From: Octopus sinensis
Lineage: Eukaryota
Direction: 5' to 3'
Length of the DNA: 64,000 nucleotides
Assembly (NCBI RefSeq): GCF_006345805.1
Contig: NC_043000.1
Span: forward strand, 19,964,001-20,028,000
Shown: positions 51,375-63,426 of the stretch, in pieces
How the letters are laid out: each line of letters opens with the position of its first letter
Numbering within the stretch: the first letter of the stretch is position 1
Translations under genes and position numbers: made by a program
Notes under the pieces: generated by a model
The model's database searches: none
Seen by the model: only the letters and a program-made list of their open reading frames with translations
Told to the model about the DNA's origin: nothing

Positions 51375-53974
51375 TTACTCTTCTTCTATCAAAGGTTCCC
51401 TTTACCTGACACTTCTGTAGCCAACTGCCATCTTCCATGTGCATCACTTGGACATAGTAGTTCAGTCTTCTCTCTTGCTTATTACATCTGATTCCTCTTA
51501 CATCTAGATTTTCCTTTAACTCATTTGCCTTCTTATTTCTTTACTGCCCACAAGGGGCTACACACAGAGGGGACAAACAAGGACAGACAAATAGATTAAG
51601 TCGATTACATCGAGCCCAGTACATAACTGGTACTTAATTTATTGACTCCGAAAGGATGAAAGGCAAAGTCGACCTCGGTGGAATTTGAACTCAGAATGTA
51701 GCGGCAGACGAAATACAGCTACACATTTTGCCTGGCGTGCAAACGTTTCTGCCAGCTCACCGCCTTCTGTCATTTACTGCCTGCTAATATTACACCCTCA
51801 GAATAGCATGCTTGTTTCAGTTCTTTCTAGTCTTTAGACATTATCTTCATCATCATCATCATCATCGTCACCAACATCATTTAACATTCATTTTCCATGC
51901 TCACAAGGATTGAATAGTTTTATAGGACCCAGTGAACCACAGGGCTGCGCTGTGTCCCAGTGTCAGCTTTGGCATGATTTTATAGCAATTGACTTCATCT
52001 TCATTTCCAATCACATGTAAATCATGAGTTTACCAAGTGTGCAGACCCCAGTTTCAGCCAATCAGAACTCACTGTTCATGTAACAGTTCCAGAAAGTTCT
52101 TTCAGTGACAGCCTTAAAAACATACACATTGATCACAAAAAGCCAGAGAGAATTCATTCATTTCAATCCTCAGTAAATTCTTCTCTCATAGCTGTTTTCA
52201 CAGCTTCATACTCAAACCAGCTCAATTTTCCTAATAGCTGTTTTCACAGCTCTAAACCAACTCAAAGATGATAAAAAATCAACACAGCCATATATTTTTG
52301 CAGAGACATAAAAAACCAGCTAAATTATCAATTATCTGTTGAAGACCTTCAATACCCGTAAAATACAATCTTCATATAAGATACACTCTGTATGCTCAGA
52401 AAGCCTAGTACAACATAAAATTAACGTATATGAACTGACACCAAGTCTTTGTCATAACCACATGCTACAATTTCTACAGCTGGATACCATTCCTAATGCC
52501 AACCACATTACAGTGTATACTGAGTGCTTTTACATGTCACCAGCACTAGTGAGGTTGTTAAGTAACTTGCAAGACAGAAAAAGAACAGGGAAAAAGGAAA
52601 ATGAAAAAGCTCATGCTACTAAGTGACAAGGAGTTTTTGAGAAGGGAAGGTGTCTTTATGCCAGGTGTTTGAAGAGCTAAAGTATGGTAAGAGGACAAGC
52701 ACAGATGTCATGGCTATCCCACATTATATAGGGTTGGATGGGAGTAGTTGGAAAGGAGATAAACGAGGACAGTGATGGAATGCCAGAACAAGGGTTGTGT
52801 CTCACTACCATGCAGCACCACAGTTCATACACAAATATCATACAATTTGCTTTCACTCAAAGAGAGAGTACCTCTGTTATTAACAAAGGTAATATTTCTC
52901 TGAACTTTAGGCAGTGAGCTGGTAGAATTGTTAGCATGTGGGGCAAAATGCTTAGCAACATTTCATCTACTTTAGATTCTGAGTTCAAATTCCACCAAAG
53001 TCAACTTTGCCTTTCATCCTTTTGGGCTGGATAAAATAAGTACCAGTTGAGCACTAGCATTGATGTAATTGATTTATCCCTCCCTCAGAATTGCTGACCT
53101 TGTGCCAAAATTTGAAACCAATATTTCTCAGAACTTTTTCTACTCCATTCTTACCTTGGTTACTATGCTTCCAGTAGACTCCTCCCACCACCATCACTCC
53201 ACTGCTGACAGGACACCTCTGTAACAAGAGCAATCAGCTACTTCTGGGGAATCTTCTAAGCATTTGAAGGAATCAGGTATGACTGTGTGGTTAAGAAGTT
53301 TGCTTCCCAACCACATGGTTTTGGGTTCAGTCCCACTGCTTGGCACCTTGAGTGTCTTCTATTGAAGTTCTGAGGGAACCAAAGCCTTGTCAGTGGATTT
53401 GGTAGATAAAAAACTGAAGAAAAGTGGCGTGTGTATGTTCTTGTCTTCACATCACATAAGTGTCATCAGCATACAAGTGATATCATTCATTTTAAGTTTT
53501 TAATTAAGATATGTCCAGCCAAGAGGAAATATTATTTTGCTTGGAGACAGGTGAAGGTTGGTGACAGGAAGAACATCCAGCTGTAGAAAATCCACCTTAA
53601 CATAAGTGGACATCAAAACAGTGATGTTGATGATGATGCTGATAATGATGGTGATGACAAGAGTGATGACAACAACGGTGATGATGATGAGAATGAGGAT
53701 TACGACGATGACAACAGTAGTGGTGGTGGTGGTGGTGGTGATGACGATGATGAGAATGAGGATTTCCAAAAGAAACTGGAATTTTGCAATACTATTTTAT
53801 TCACTTAGTTTTACATGTTTACACTTTTATTACTTTCAAAGTATTCTCCATTTGAAGCAATGCATCAGCCCAGGTGTGTTTTCCACTATTCAAAGCAGTG
53901 CTGGAACTCTTGCAACGTGATGCCTTTTAATGCCTCCATCATTTTTTCTTCACCTCTTCCCCATCATTTTTTTT

Positions 53975-54620
53975 TCCGCCACCTTTCGTCACCAGTGATG
54001 ACCTTTGAGACAAGGTCTGGATCAACTTCCAACTGTTCTTTCAGTCCACAACTTGCATTCAGTCATGACTGCCTTTGATCTTCCATGAGCAAGCAAGGCA
54101 TAAATTTTGCTGCAATTCTTCATTTACAAATCCTTGCTTAGAATTCGTTGGCAAGAGCTCCAGGACACACCAGCCATATCAACAAGTTCATCAATTGTTC
54201 AGTGACAGTCCTCCAAGATCAAATCATGAATTTCCATGATGTTTTCATACATTCAGGAGGTCAATAGTTGTCCTGATCAAGGTTGGTCTTCAAGTGGCAA
54301 GTGATCATTCCTAAAGTGTGGAAACTACTTGTAAATTTGTGTTTTGCTCATGGCAGCATTCTTGTAAGCTGTTTGAATCATGACAACTGTTTTGCCCGAT
54401 GTTTTCCCCAGCAAAAAAAAGAATTTCATGGAAGAACACTGTTCCTTCATTTCAGCCATCACAAAAATTGATAAACAAGGGAGAAGCACTGCAAAACAAA
54501 GACGCACCACGTAGCAGTACAACTTCACCTGATGACGCCAGTCAGTAGACTGATGCCTGAGGGTCACATCAAGTGGCGTCCTATAGAGAGCATTTCCAGA
54601 TACTCTTGGATACCCCCTTG
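53975..54620 (-). mobile_element. Mariner relic (5' TIR through the first catalytic motif)
   Basis: TA-flanked TIR caagggggtatccaagagtatctggaaat; MKFFFLLGKTSGKTVVMIQTAYKNAAMSKTQIY...AAKFMPCLL...VITGDERW. Confidence 0.87.
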
Positions 54621-54899
54621 TATAGGAGACCAGGCTTTTCTACAATAGTTAAAGTAACATTGGTTCAATGATGTGAACAGAATTGCTTTTGTTTTGTACT
54701 TATACCAAAATGGGTAGTTTTGGTGTAAGTACAAATTTCTCCTTTTATTATTTCTTTTCTTTTCATTTGTATAATTCATCAAATATAATGCCAAGATATT
54801 CTATAGAGTTTTATGAATATACTTTTCTCTATTATTTTCAATGAATAACATCATATTTCTCAATAACATTTTTGTCCCAAAGGGAGAGTATTCAGTTGT

Positions 54900-55400
54900 T
54901 TTAGAATGTGTTGGCATTTCATTATCAACAGACCATGAAGTGTACATTTAGATAAGTATTTTATTTTCTTCTTTCATATGTATAGAAAGAAGAGAAAGTG
55001 GAGAATAAGGTAAAACAGCATCATCTGCATAAATAATTATTTTAAACCTATCATTACTAATGGTTGTATCATAAACATAAATAATGAATAATAGTAGCTT
55101 GAGAATGCTACCTTGGGGAACACATTTTATTTTGTGTGTCACTGATTAATTGTTTTTTATTTGAATGATCTGAACCAGTAACCTTCAACTTTATAAATTA
55201 AAAATTGGTGATTTGCAGTGTCAGAAGCACTTTACCGATCAAATTAGCAAATGCAATTTATTTAGCTGTTTTGATGAATTTAAATAGGTAAATTTTAGAT
55301 GAATTTTGACTTCTGAAATCTGATTGGCTGTTGCTGTCCTTTATTGACAACAATTTGTTCAATGAAATCTTCTGGTATTGATAGTAAAATACTGAGTAAA
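54900..55400 (-). mobile_element. Old L2/CR1-like LINE RT remnant
   Basis: VPQGSILKLLLFIIYVYD...IIIYADD motif. Confidence 0.75.
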
Positions 55401-55929
55401 ATTTCAAAGTTAAGTTTTTAAAATAAGTTTGAATTAAAGAGTGGATTTTAGATCACCAACATTAATACCACATGCTGACATATTAAAAAAAAAAGGGACA
55501 CATTAGATAATGTGATTTTCAATAAGCTGTATAAGAAAAAATATAGAATGGCCATAACTCTACTGCATTTTTTTCATCAGTTTACTCAAACTGAGTTGAC
55601 TGGAGCTAAATAGCTACAGTCAGTCATTCTGTCACAGCTAAATTCCAGAATGTAAAAACAAAATCATAACAATTGTAGAGCTCACTAAAAGTCCAAGTGA
55701 AGTACTCTCACACAGAAATGTACTCAAAAATTGCAAAAGTACTCATATATGTCATTACTAAGCTATATATTCTCTTGTCTAGATCACATTATGGACTCAG
55801 ACCACTACACTCACTGACCATTCTACTTTGGTTCATGTTACTCCTCACCAAAGTGGTCTTTAGTTGATCTTTGTACTGCACCTTTGGTTATTCAGGCAGA
55901 CTTTGGCCATAGTGCAGCTGGTCATAGAA

Positions 55930-56390
55930 TACATCATCATCATCATCGTTTAACGTCGGCTTTCCATGCTAGCATGGGTTGGACGATTTGACTGAGGTCT
56001 GGCAAACCAGATGGCTGCACCAGACTCCAGTCTGATCTGGCAGAGTTTCTACAGCTGGATGCCCTTCCTTACACCAACCACTCCAAGAGTGTAATGGGTT
56101 CGTTTAACATGCCACCGGCATAAGGGCCAGTCAGGCGGTACTGGCAATGGCCACACTCAAATGGTAGATTTTTATGTGCCACCTGCACAGGAGCCAGTCC
56201 AGCGGCATTGGCAACGACTTCACTCAAATGTTTTTTCATGCGCCACTAGCACAGGTGCCAGTAAGGCAATGCAGTAATAATCACACTCGAATAGTGTTTT
56301 TTACGTGCCATCGGCACAGAGGCAAGCTTGTTGCTCTGGCAACAATCATGCTCGTATGGTACTCTTAGCACTCCACTAGCATGGATGCCA
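55930..56390 (-). mobile_element. RTE-tail SINE-like element
   Basis: Same family as 41280-41715, with a (CAT)n tail on the plus strand. Confidence 0.82.
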
Positions 56391-56396
56391 ATACCA

Positions 56397-56711
56397 TAGG
56401 GGAAAATGCATGTCAAATATGCACATTATACATCCAAGCCACGTATGAGATGTTTGGCACAGCTGTTTTGGCATCACTTACTTGACATCGCTGATTCAGT
56501 GCTGACTTACTTAACATCAGACATTTTCATGTTTCTCTTATTCTTACGCACCTCTCTCTCTATATATATGTGTGAGCATATTTCTCTCAGAGTATGAGGA
56601 GAGGGAAAGTGTTCATGTCAAACACGTTTAATTAATAAATTTTAATGTCTCTCTCTCAATTATTCTTTTTGTCTGTAATACTTTTGCACACAAGTGTGTG
56701 TGTTGTCTCCA
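56397..56711 (+). mobile_element. Candidate solo LTR (315 bp)
   Basis: Flanked by a direct repeat atacca (56391-56396 and 56712-56717). Ends in ..CTCCA, with internal TATATATA and AATAAA. The 5' end reads TA rather than TG. Confidence 0.5.
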
Positions 56712-56897
56712 ATACCAAAAAGTACTGCTTTCAAAACAGGATGAATGCACTACATCATCTCATTCCAGTCCAAGATAGTGTAAGATAATGCGTACAGTGT
56801 GAATTCAACAGAGGTTTTCTGTGAATAATATAATTTCCCTGGGTGGTTGAAAGGATCTTCTGGAGTTACTAGATGTTAAAGGTCACCAAAGTCTTAA

Positions 56898-57117
56898 CCC
56901 TTTCGTTACTGTATTTATTTCAAGATGCTCTGTGTTTCTTTCAATTACTTTAAATATAACAAAGAATTTAGTAAAATGACTTAGTTATCATTAAGCTAGT
57001 GTTAGGAACATAAATTGTGACTAAGGTTTGGTGGAAGATTTTAATTCACAACTTATGAAAACAAGACATTTGTACTCAGTGCTAGAGCTGGTTTCAGCCG
57101 GATTGGTAATGAAAGGG
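56898..57117. mobile_element. piggyBac-type MITE, 220 bp
   Basis: TTAA TSD on both sides; TIRs CCCTTTCGTTAC / GTAATGAAAGGG. Confidence 0.88.
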
Positions 57118-57189
57118 TTAATGTGTTGGATGTATGAGGTTTATGTCATACACCAATACAGGAGAGTAGAAACACTATTCTGCTATGGA

Positions 57190-60100
57190 GACAAAGATGG
57201 TTGTTTTTAAAATAACTCTTTTTTTTGTCTTCCAAAAGATACAGAGGCCATTCTGAAGCAGTTTAAAACCTTCTCGTTCAGTGTGTACTGGAAATGATGA
57301 AGCATAAGTATCTGGATTGGGTAGGTGTAGCTAGTTATTGCTGTTGTACAGAGAAAGATGAGGGAAAGTGTGTTGCAAAAACAACCATCAGCATAACTGT
57401 AATTCAATGACTCGATTGGATCTGAGCTTGGTAGGGGCCAGCAGCTTTGGATGTCAAAAATGTTTATGTTGAATTAGTAGTTAATAGTGACTCCTATCTG
57501 TTTTCAGCCTTATGCATAACAGAGAAGTCATACAGATAAAGAAAATATTTAATGGTACAGTAGTCAGTACTTATGTCAAACACTGGTTTTTATACTGAGG
57601 GACATGGATTGTTTGTTGCTGTCCAATAGCAAGATAAATCATCGTCCTAGTGTGAAACTAGCAGAAAAGTTTCACAAATTTGGACAGCAACCAAACCTTC
57701 TGAGAGCATCACTCACAAGCTCTCTATTTACATTATCAAATGCCTTTGACAGATTCACAAATGGAAAAACCAGATCCTGATATTACTCTTTGGAGCTCCC
57801 ATGTAGTGAAGATCATCATCATCATCATCATCATTTAACATCCATTGTTTATGATGGCATGGATTGGACAGTTTGACCAGGGCTGGTAAGTTGAGGGTCT
57901 GCACCAGGCTCAAGTCTGATTTAGCATGTTTTCTATAGCTGAATGCCCTTCCTAATGCCAACCACTCCAAGAGTGTAATGGGTGCTTTTGCATGCCACTG
58001 GCACAGGTGCCAGTTGTGTGACACCAGTATCTGCCACAATATCAAGTAATTCTTGAACCCTGCAAAAGCTGGATTGTGATCCTGGTGTAATGTCTTTTTG
58101 ACACTGATTTAACTAGCCTTTTGAAGCTGACTTTGGTAAGGTTCTTCCAAGCAATAGACAGGATTTGCTATAACCCTTTTGTTATATTAAAAAGGCGGCA
58201 AGCTGGCAGAAACGTTAGCGCGACGGGCAAAATGCTTAGCGATATTTCGTCTGCCGTTATGCTCTGAGTTCAAATTCCGCCGAGGTCCACTTTGCCTTTC
58301 ATCCTTTTGGGGTCGATAAATAAAGTACCAGTTACGCACTGGGGTCGATGTAATTGACCTAATCCCTTTGTCTGTCCCTTCTATGTTTAGCCCCTTGTGG
58401 GCAATAAAGAAATATATATTAAACAGGTTTGTCTCCTTTGTTTTGTAGATGGTGACAACGTTAACATCCTTCCAATGTTGATGCACATACTCTATGTTTC
58501 CAAATGCAGCAATGAAGCTCTCTTGTACAGAAGTAACCATCCTCTTGAAAGATCTCTATTAGAATGTTATACAGTCAAGAAGATTTCTAGCTTTTTGATG
58601 TTCTGGCAACATGAACTTCAGCATAATTGGTAGCTCTCCAAGGCAAGCCATCATTATGAAATGACAGTGCTTTCATGAATTCCTCCATGACTGCCTGATG
58701 TCTGGCTTAGGGGTTGGTTGAAATGTTTTCTCCAGTGATCCACTATTGAGGACTGGTCAATCAAAATAAACCTGCTTTCGGATGATTTGACTGATACTGT
58801 ATAACAATTTCCAGGGCCATAAAGTTTCTATTGCATCACAGAAATTGCAAGTCATACAGGTCTGCAGGCATCTGATTTCTTAAGCTTTTGCAATTCACCC
58901 TTCATTTTTCAGCAAGTGTAAGGATTAAGTCTCACCTTGTAGAGTTTGCCACTGCTTTTTGTGTGTGTGCAATGAGGGATTGTTCCGAGTTGCTCTGTTG
59001 AACTTGCATATTTCATACAGGAGTTACCAGTTGTGCTGCAGGAGTTCTTAACAAACTATTCTTGACTTTTGTTTTTTTTTTAGATTCTGTCTTGAATCAT
59101 ATAGTTTTAGCAAAATAATCATAAGTATGGAGCTTAAGGAAGGCCATTTTTCAAATGTAATCTCTGAGGCGAAAGCTGTCTCTGAAGCCCTGAAGCTTTT
59201 AACTTAGAGCTACAGAATAACAAAAGCTCTTACAAATATCAGGACTGAAAAGCTTGCAGCTGTTGATCCTCTTAAATGCTGTAAGGAGTACAAATGTTAG
59301 CATCATGGAATGCTCTATCCAATCGCCAGTTCTTTTCAATACACATGTAGATGCAGGTGTGGCTGTGTGGTAAAACGTTTGCTTCCCAACCACATGATAT
59401 TTGTAAGGGCTTTTGTTTCTCTCTATAAGTGTATATTTCTCCACACCTTAGCCAACTATTTTGTACTATAGCTTCAGGCTCCTAGAATAGACTTGTGAAT
59501 GGATTTGAGAGACAGAAACAGAAAGAAGTCCATCTTATATATATGTGTATGTCTGCCACCCCTGCTTGTCAACCAGTGTTGGTATGTTTACATCCCTGTT
59601 AATTAGCAGTTTGGCAAAAGAGACAGATAGAATCAGTACAAGGCTTAAAAAAAGAATAATCACTAGGGTTGATTCATTCAACTAAAAATTCTTCATGGCC
59701 AGTCTTATGACTGAAACAAGTAAAAGATAAAAAATAGAGACGTAAGCAGAACATCTTTCAGTTCTATCTACCAGAAAACGATGTCAATAAGATGTCAGTG
59801 TTTCAAATCTTATTTCTATTTATGAAATCTTTATGTATATTATACTGAAAGATGGTGTTGGGAAAGGTGAGGCGTGCTCACGTTAACAAACACCATATAC
59901 CTGTAGCATAAACATGCTTTTTTTTTAATTATTTAAATTCCTTTATTTGCGCATTAATCAACCATGAGGATAACTTAATTTTGTTTAGCTCTTCTATTCA
60001 GTGTTCTATCTAATGTTTGATAGAAGTCTTTATCCTGACTGATCAGATAGCCGACTTGGTGCTTAATTATTCAGTAACGTGAAATAGTGGGTTTGCTAAG

Positions 60101-60355
60101 GGAAATACGAAGTGACACCAGCCGGCAACTAATGGAAATTGGTGTAACAGACTTCCTAACTTCGAAGTCAATGCCGTGGGCATTTATGGGGTATCTTTCC
60201 CAGAAAATGCAGCCCTCACCACACCTGTTACGAGAACCCTTTTCGTGTGGTCATTTTTTTTTTCAGAGCTGTTCGATGCTGGACTCCAGTTTGTCGAGTT
60301 GCCGACATCCAGCAGTGTCCATATTATTTCAAGTTAAAAAGCCTGAGTCATTTAA
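57190..60355 (-). mobile_element. Fragmented old RTE/BovB-like LINE interrupted by SINEs
   Basis: Endonuclease-like remnants at about 60070-60350 (TLLDVGNS..RTAL; GCIFWERYP..HGIDFEVRKS..PISISCRLVSLRISL) and RT-like remnants at about 57.2-59.3 kb (WKDVNVVTIYK; NYSYADG). Confidence 0.65.
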
Positions 60356-60510
60356 TTTTGTTTCTACCACCGCTATGAAAATTATCATGACAAAAATATT
60401 CTCTTCTCAACTGTTTGAGCTGAGTGGAGAACTTTTCGGACAGCATTAACGCGCATACGCACACACGTTGCATTAATAAGGGAGAAAATTTTTTTCTATA
60501 AGTAACGAAT

Positions 60511-60724
60511 TGTAACAGGATCTGTATCAATTCACTGAAAGGGTGTCGATCCGATCCAGTCACATACAATTTAGTAAGACATAACAGGAGAAGTCAGGTT
60601 ATGGGTGAAAGACAGCAGGTTGTTTATTAATTGCGATGGTGTAAGTATATCTGATGGGAGAACGACAGCCTCTGATGTACAGCTTCTTGTTCGTTTGATG
60701 AAGTGGTTCGACGTCATCACTACA
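60511..60724 (-). mobile_element. Solo LTR (Gypsy-like, 214 bp)
   Basis: TGTA...TACA termini with a perfect 4-bp TSD gaat on both sides; AATAAA on the minus strand at about 60623-60628. Confidence 0.7.
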
Positions 60725-62722
60725 GAATCAACAAAATGAAACCGTATATGTTTACGATATTATTTCAAAATGGCAAACTTACGGTTCTAGTATATTTTAT
60801 GTCAAATGACCACGTGTATTTGTTTACATATGATCGTCGATTTCCATAAAAAACTATTATTTTTTTACATATAGGGTTGCGGGGAAAATGGGATCTTTTG
60901 AAGTAATGAAAGCGAAAGAGACTAAGGGAAAGCGATTGTATGAGGAGGTAAGTTCTTTTGAAGTTACCGTGCATGGGAAGCATTGATGTACATGTGTGTG
61001 TGTGTGCGAGACAGAAAGTATGGTGTGTAAGTGAAGTGCTTTTGTTAGTGTGTGTGAAGAGACAGAGAGAGTAATGTGTGAAAGAGAGAGATAACTGAAT
61101 TTTTTACTGTTTTTGTATGCGTGCGTGTATATGCATGTATGTGTGTGTGTATGTATCTATGTGTGTGTGTGTGTGTGTGTATATGTATCTATGTATGTAT
61201 GTATGTGTGGCCGATTCAGTGTTTACATTATTTACCATTTTATCGAGCCCCGAAACGATGAACAGCAAATTCGACCGTGGGATTTGAACTCAAAATGTTT
61301 AAGGCACACGATGGAATTTCGTTCAGAATAACTGTCTCACACAAAATGGAATTTCTTCAATTTTTCTCGCTATTTTGTTTTTGTCATTTTTACAAGAAAA
61401 CACATGTAAGACAATCTAAAACACATTTCGGTATTGGTAGACATTCACCACACAATTTTCAATAATGACAGAGAAAGGGACTAAGCTGATAAAGAGAGTA
61501 AATGACATCGTCTTCTTATACTGACATTCTTGCAGATCAATACCGAAGGATCGCCCATATGGCGATCCGGTGATCTTTGGCGATCCTTCGATGTAATTTG
61601 CACTGTAACAAAAAATTTTCAAAAATTCATGTTTTACAAACTTGCCCCCTCCCCCCATCGCTCCTTCGGAATAACTGCCACAATTAAAATGAATTTTTAT
61701 TATTTTTTTTTCGGTATCTTTCGTTATTTTAAAGAATTATTCCATATTCTGGAACACTTGTAATTAAGTTTGTAAGAAGAAAGACTATTTTTTCAACAAG
61801 GCAGTGCCCCAGCTTGACCGCAATCTATTGACTGAAGCAAGGAAACAGATCCCTAAAATTTCTCAACTCGAAATTCCCTTGAACACACAGCTAAGATAGC
61901 GCGTGGCTTTTTGTCGAACGCTCCACCGACTTAGCCCACACCACTGCTCTTTTATTTCAATAATGCCATTTAAAAAATAAATAACTTAGCATTTCGGCAA
62001 AAGAAGTCCGATAGAACGAGTACTAGGCTTTAAAAAAATAAGCACTCCAGTATGGCCGCCGTCTAATGACTAAAACAAGTAAAAGAATAAAAAAAATAGG
62101 CGAAATTTCGATGAATATTGTTTTAATTTTTTGTGTTTAATGTGTAGCGAATCTTGCATACATGAAGTGGATTCGATTCAACATAGACAAATTTAAATCA
62201 ACACTGCTATAGAACATTTCCCACGATGGAACAATGGTTATTCTCTGGCAGCAGTTTTACATTTTCCAGATGCCTTTAGCTAGGCCGAAATAATGTCATC
62301 ACCACTTGACCCTTTCTAATCTCTTCTACTACACCATAAGCTAAATCAACTAAATCTATTGTTCTCAATGATATATCTATCCTTCTGGATCTTAATATAA
62401 GCAAGCACATACCAAGCGAAAGTAAGTTAGTCACTTGTCATCAACAGAACAATGTCCCACACTCTTTGACTTCCTACTAGCTCGAACGCAGTTCTCTAAC
62501 AATTTCAGTCTGTCTTTCTCCACATTTACTACTACAGAACGAAGAGACTTTTGGAACGTAAAATCTTTATTTTATTTTCGTTTTGCACACCCGCACCTGT
62601 ACAGACACAAGCACAAACAAATCTTTGCACATACACACACACACATATCTGGCAACAGACTCTCCTGTACATTTTCTTAATTACTATTAATTACATCATA
62701 TACTCTTCCATAAGATCCCACT

Positions 62723-63426
62723 ATGGCTGGACGATATAGGATTGTTGAATCTGTCCTTTCCATTGATGACATAACTCAAAGATCTCACCATCTGCGAGAC
62801 ATTCATGCCATGAGTAATGCGGATTCAACAATCCAATTCCTGGCATCTGTGGGATTGATCCACAATTCATCGGAATGTTGTAATAGGCGGATGTACCTTG
62901 CATCACGCAATACAGTATCCGATGGGAAAATGTGGAGGTGTACTGTTTGCAAGCAATTTCGTAGCATTAGGCGAGACTCGTTTTTCGCGGGTTCACACCT
63001 ACCATTGACTTGTCTCCTCGAGTTGATGTATTACTGGGCGATAATTGAATGTAAACAGTGTTGTGATGGGTGAAGTTGGAATTGGACCAGAGGCAATTGT
63101 CAACTGGTACAATTACTTCCACGATGTTTGTGCTATGTGGTGTTTTGACCACCCTGTGCAACTTGGAGGAGAAGATGTTGTTGTAGAGATCGATGAATCT
63201 AAGTTCATGCACAGGAAATATCATCGTGGTACTTATCGAGAAAGTCACTGGGTTTTGGGTATGGTTGAGCGTGAGAGTTGGAGATGTGTCTTAGTTCCTG
63301 TGCAGAAAAGAAGTGCAGCAACATTGTTGCCTATTATTACCCGCCATGTATTGCCAGGAACTAAGATTATCACAGATTCATGGAGAGTGTATAACAGCCT
63401 ACCCAACCATTTGACTGTGAACCACA
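62723..63426 (+). mobile_element. Merlin (IS1595/ISXO2-like) DDE transposase, frameshifted and 3'-truncated
   Basis: Zn-ribbon-like CCNRRM..WRCTVC, then SIRRDSFF, LGGEDVVVEIDESKF..RKYHRG..WVLGMVER..RSAATLLPII..VLPGTKIITDSWRVY..HLTVNH. One frameshift near 63055. Confidence 0.9.

Noticed and set aside
53615-53765. Acidic or Thr/Met-rich low-complexity ORFs
   Set aside because: A degenerate (GAT/GGT)n SINE tail with no splice context or recognisable domain.
60070-60449. Possible exon of a neighbouring gene (120-aa plus-strand ORF; minus-strand KRVLVTG Rossmann-like motif)
   Set aside because: Minus-strand frames piece together into an RTE/BovB-type endonuclease remnant; there is no consistent splice or frame support for a host exon.
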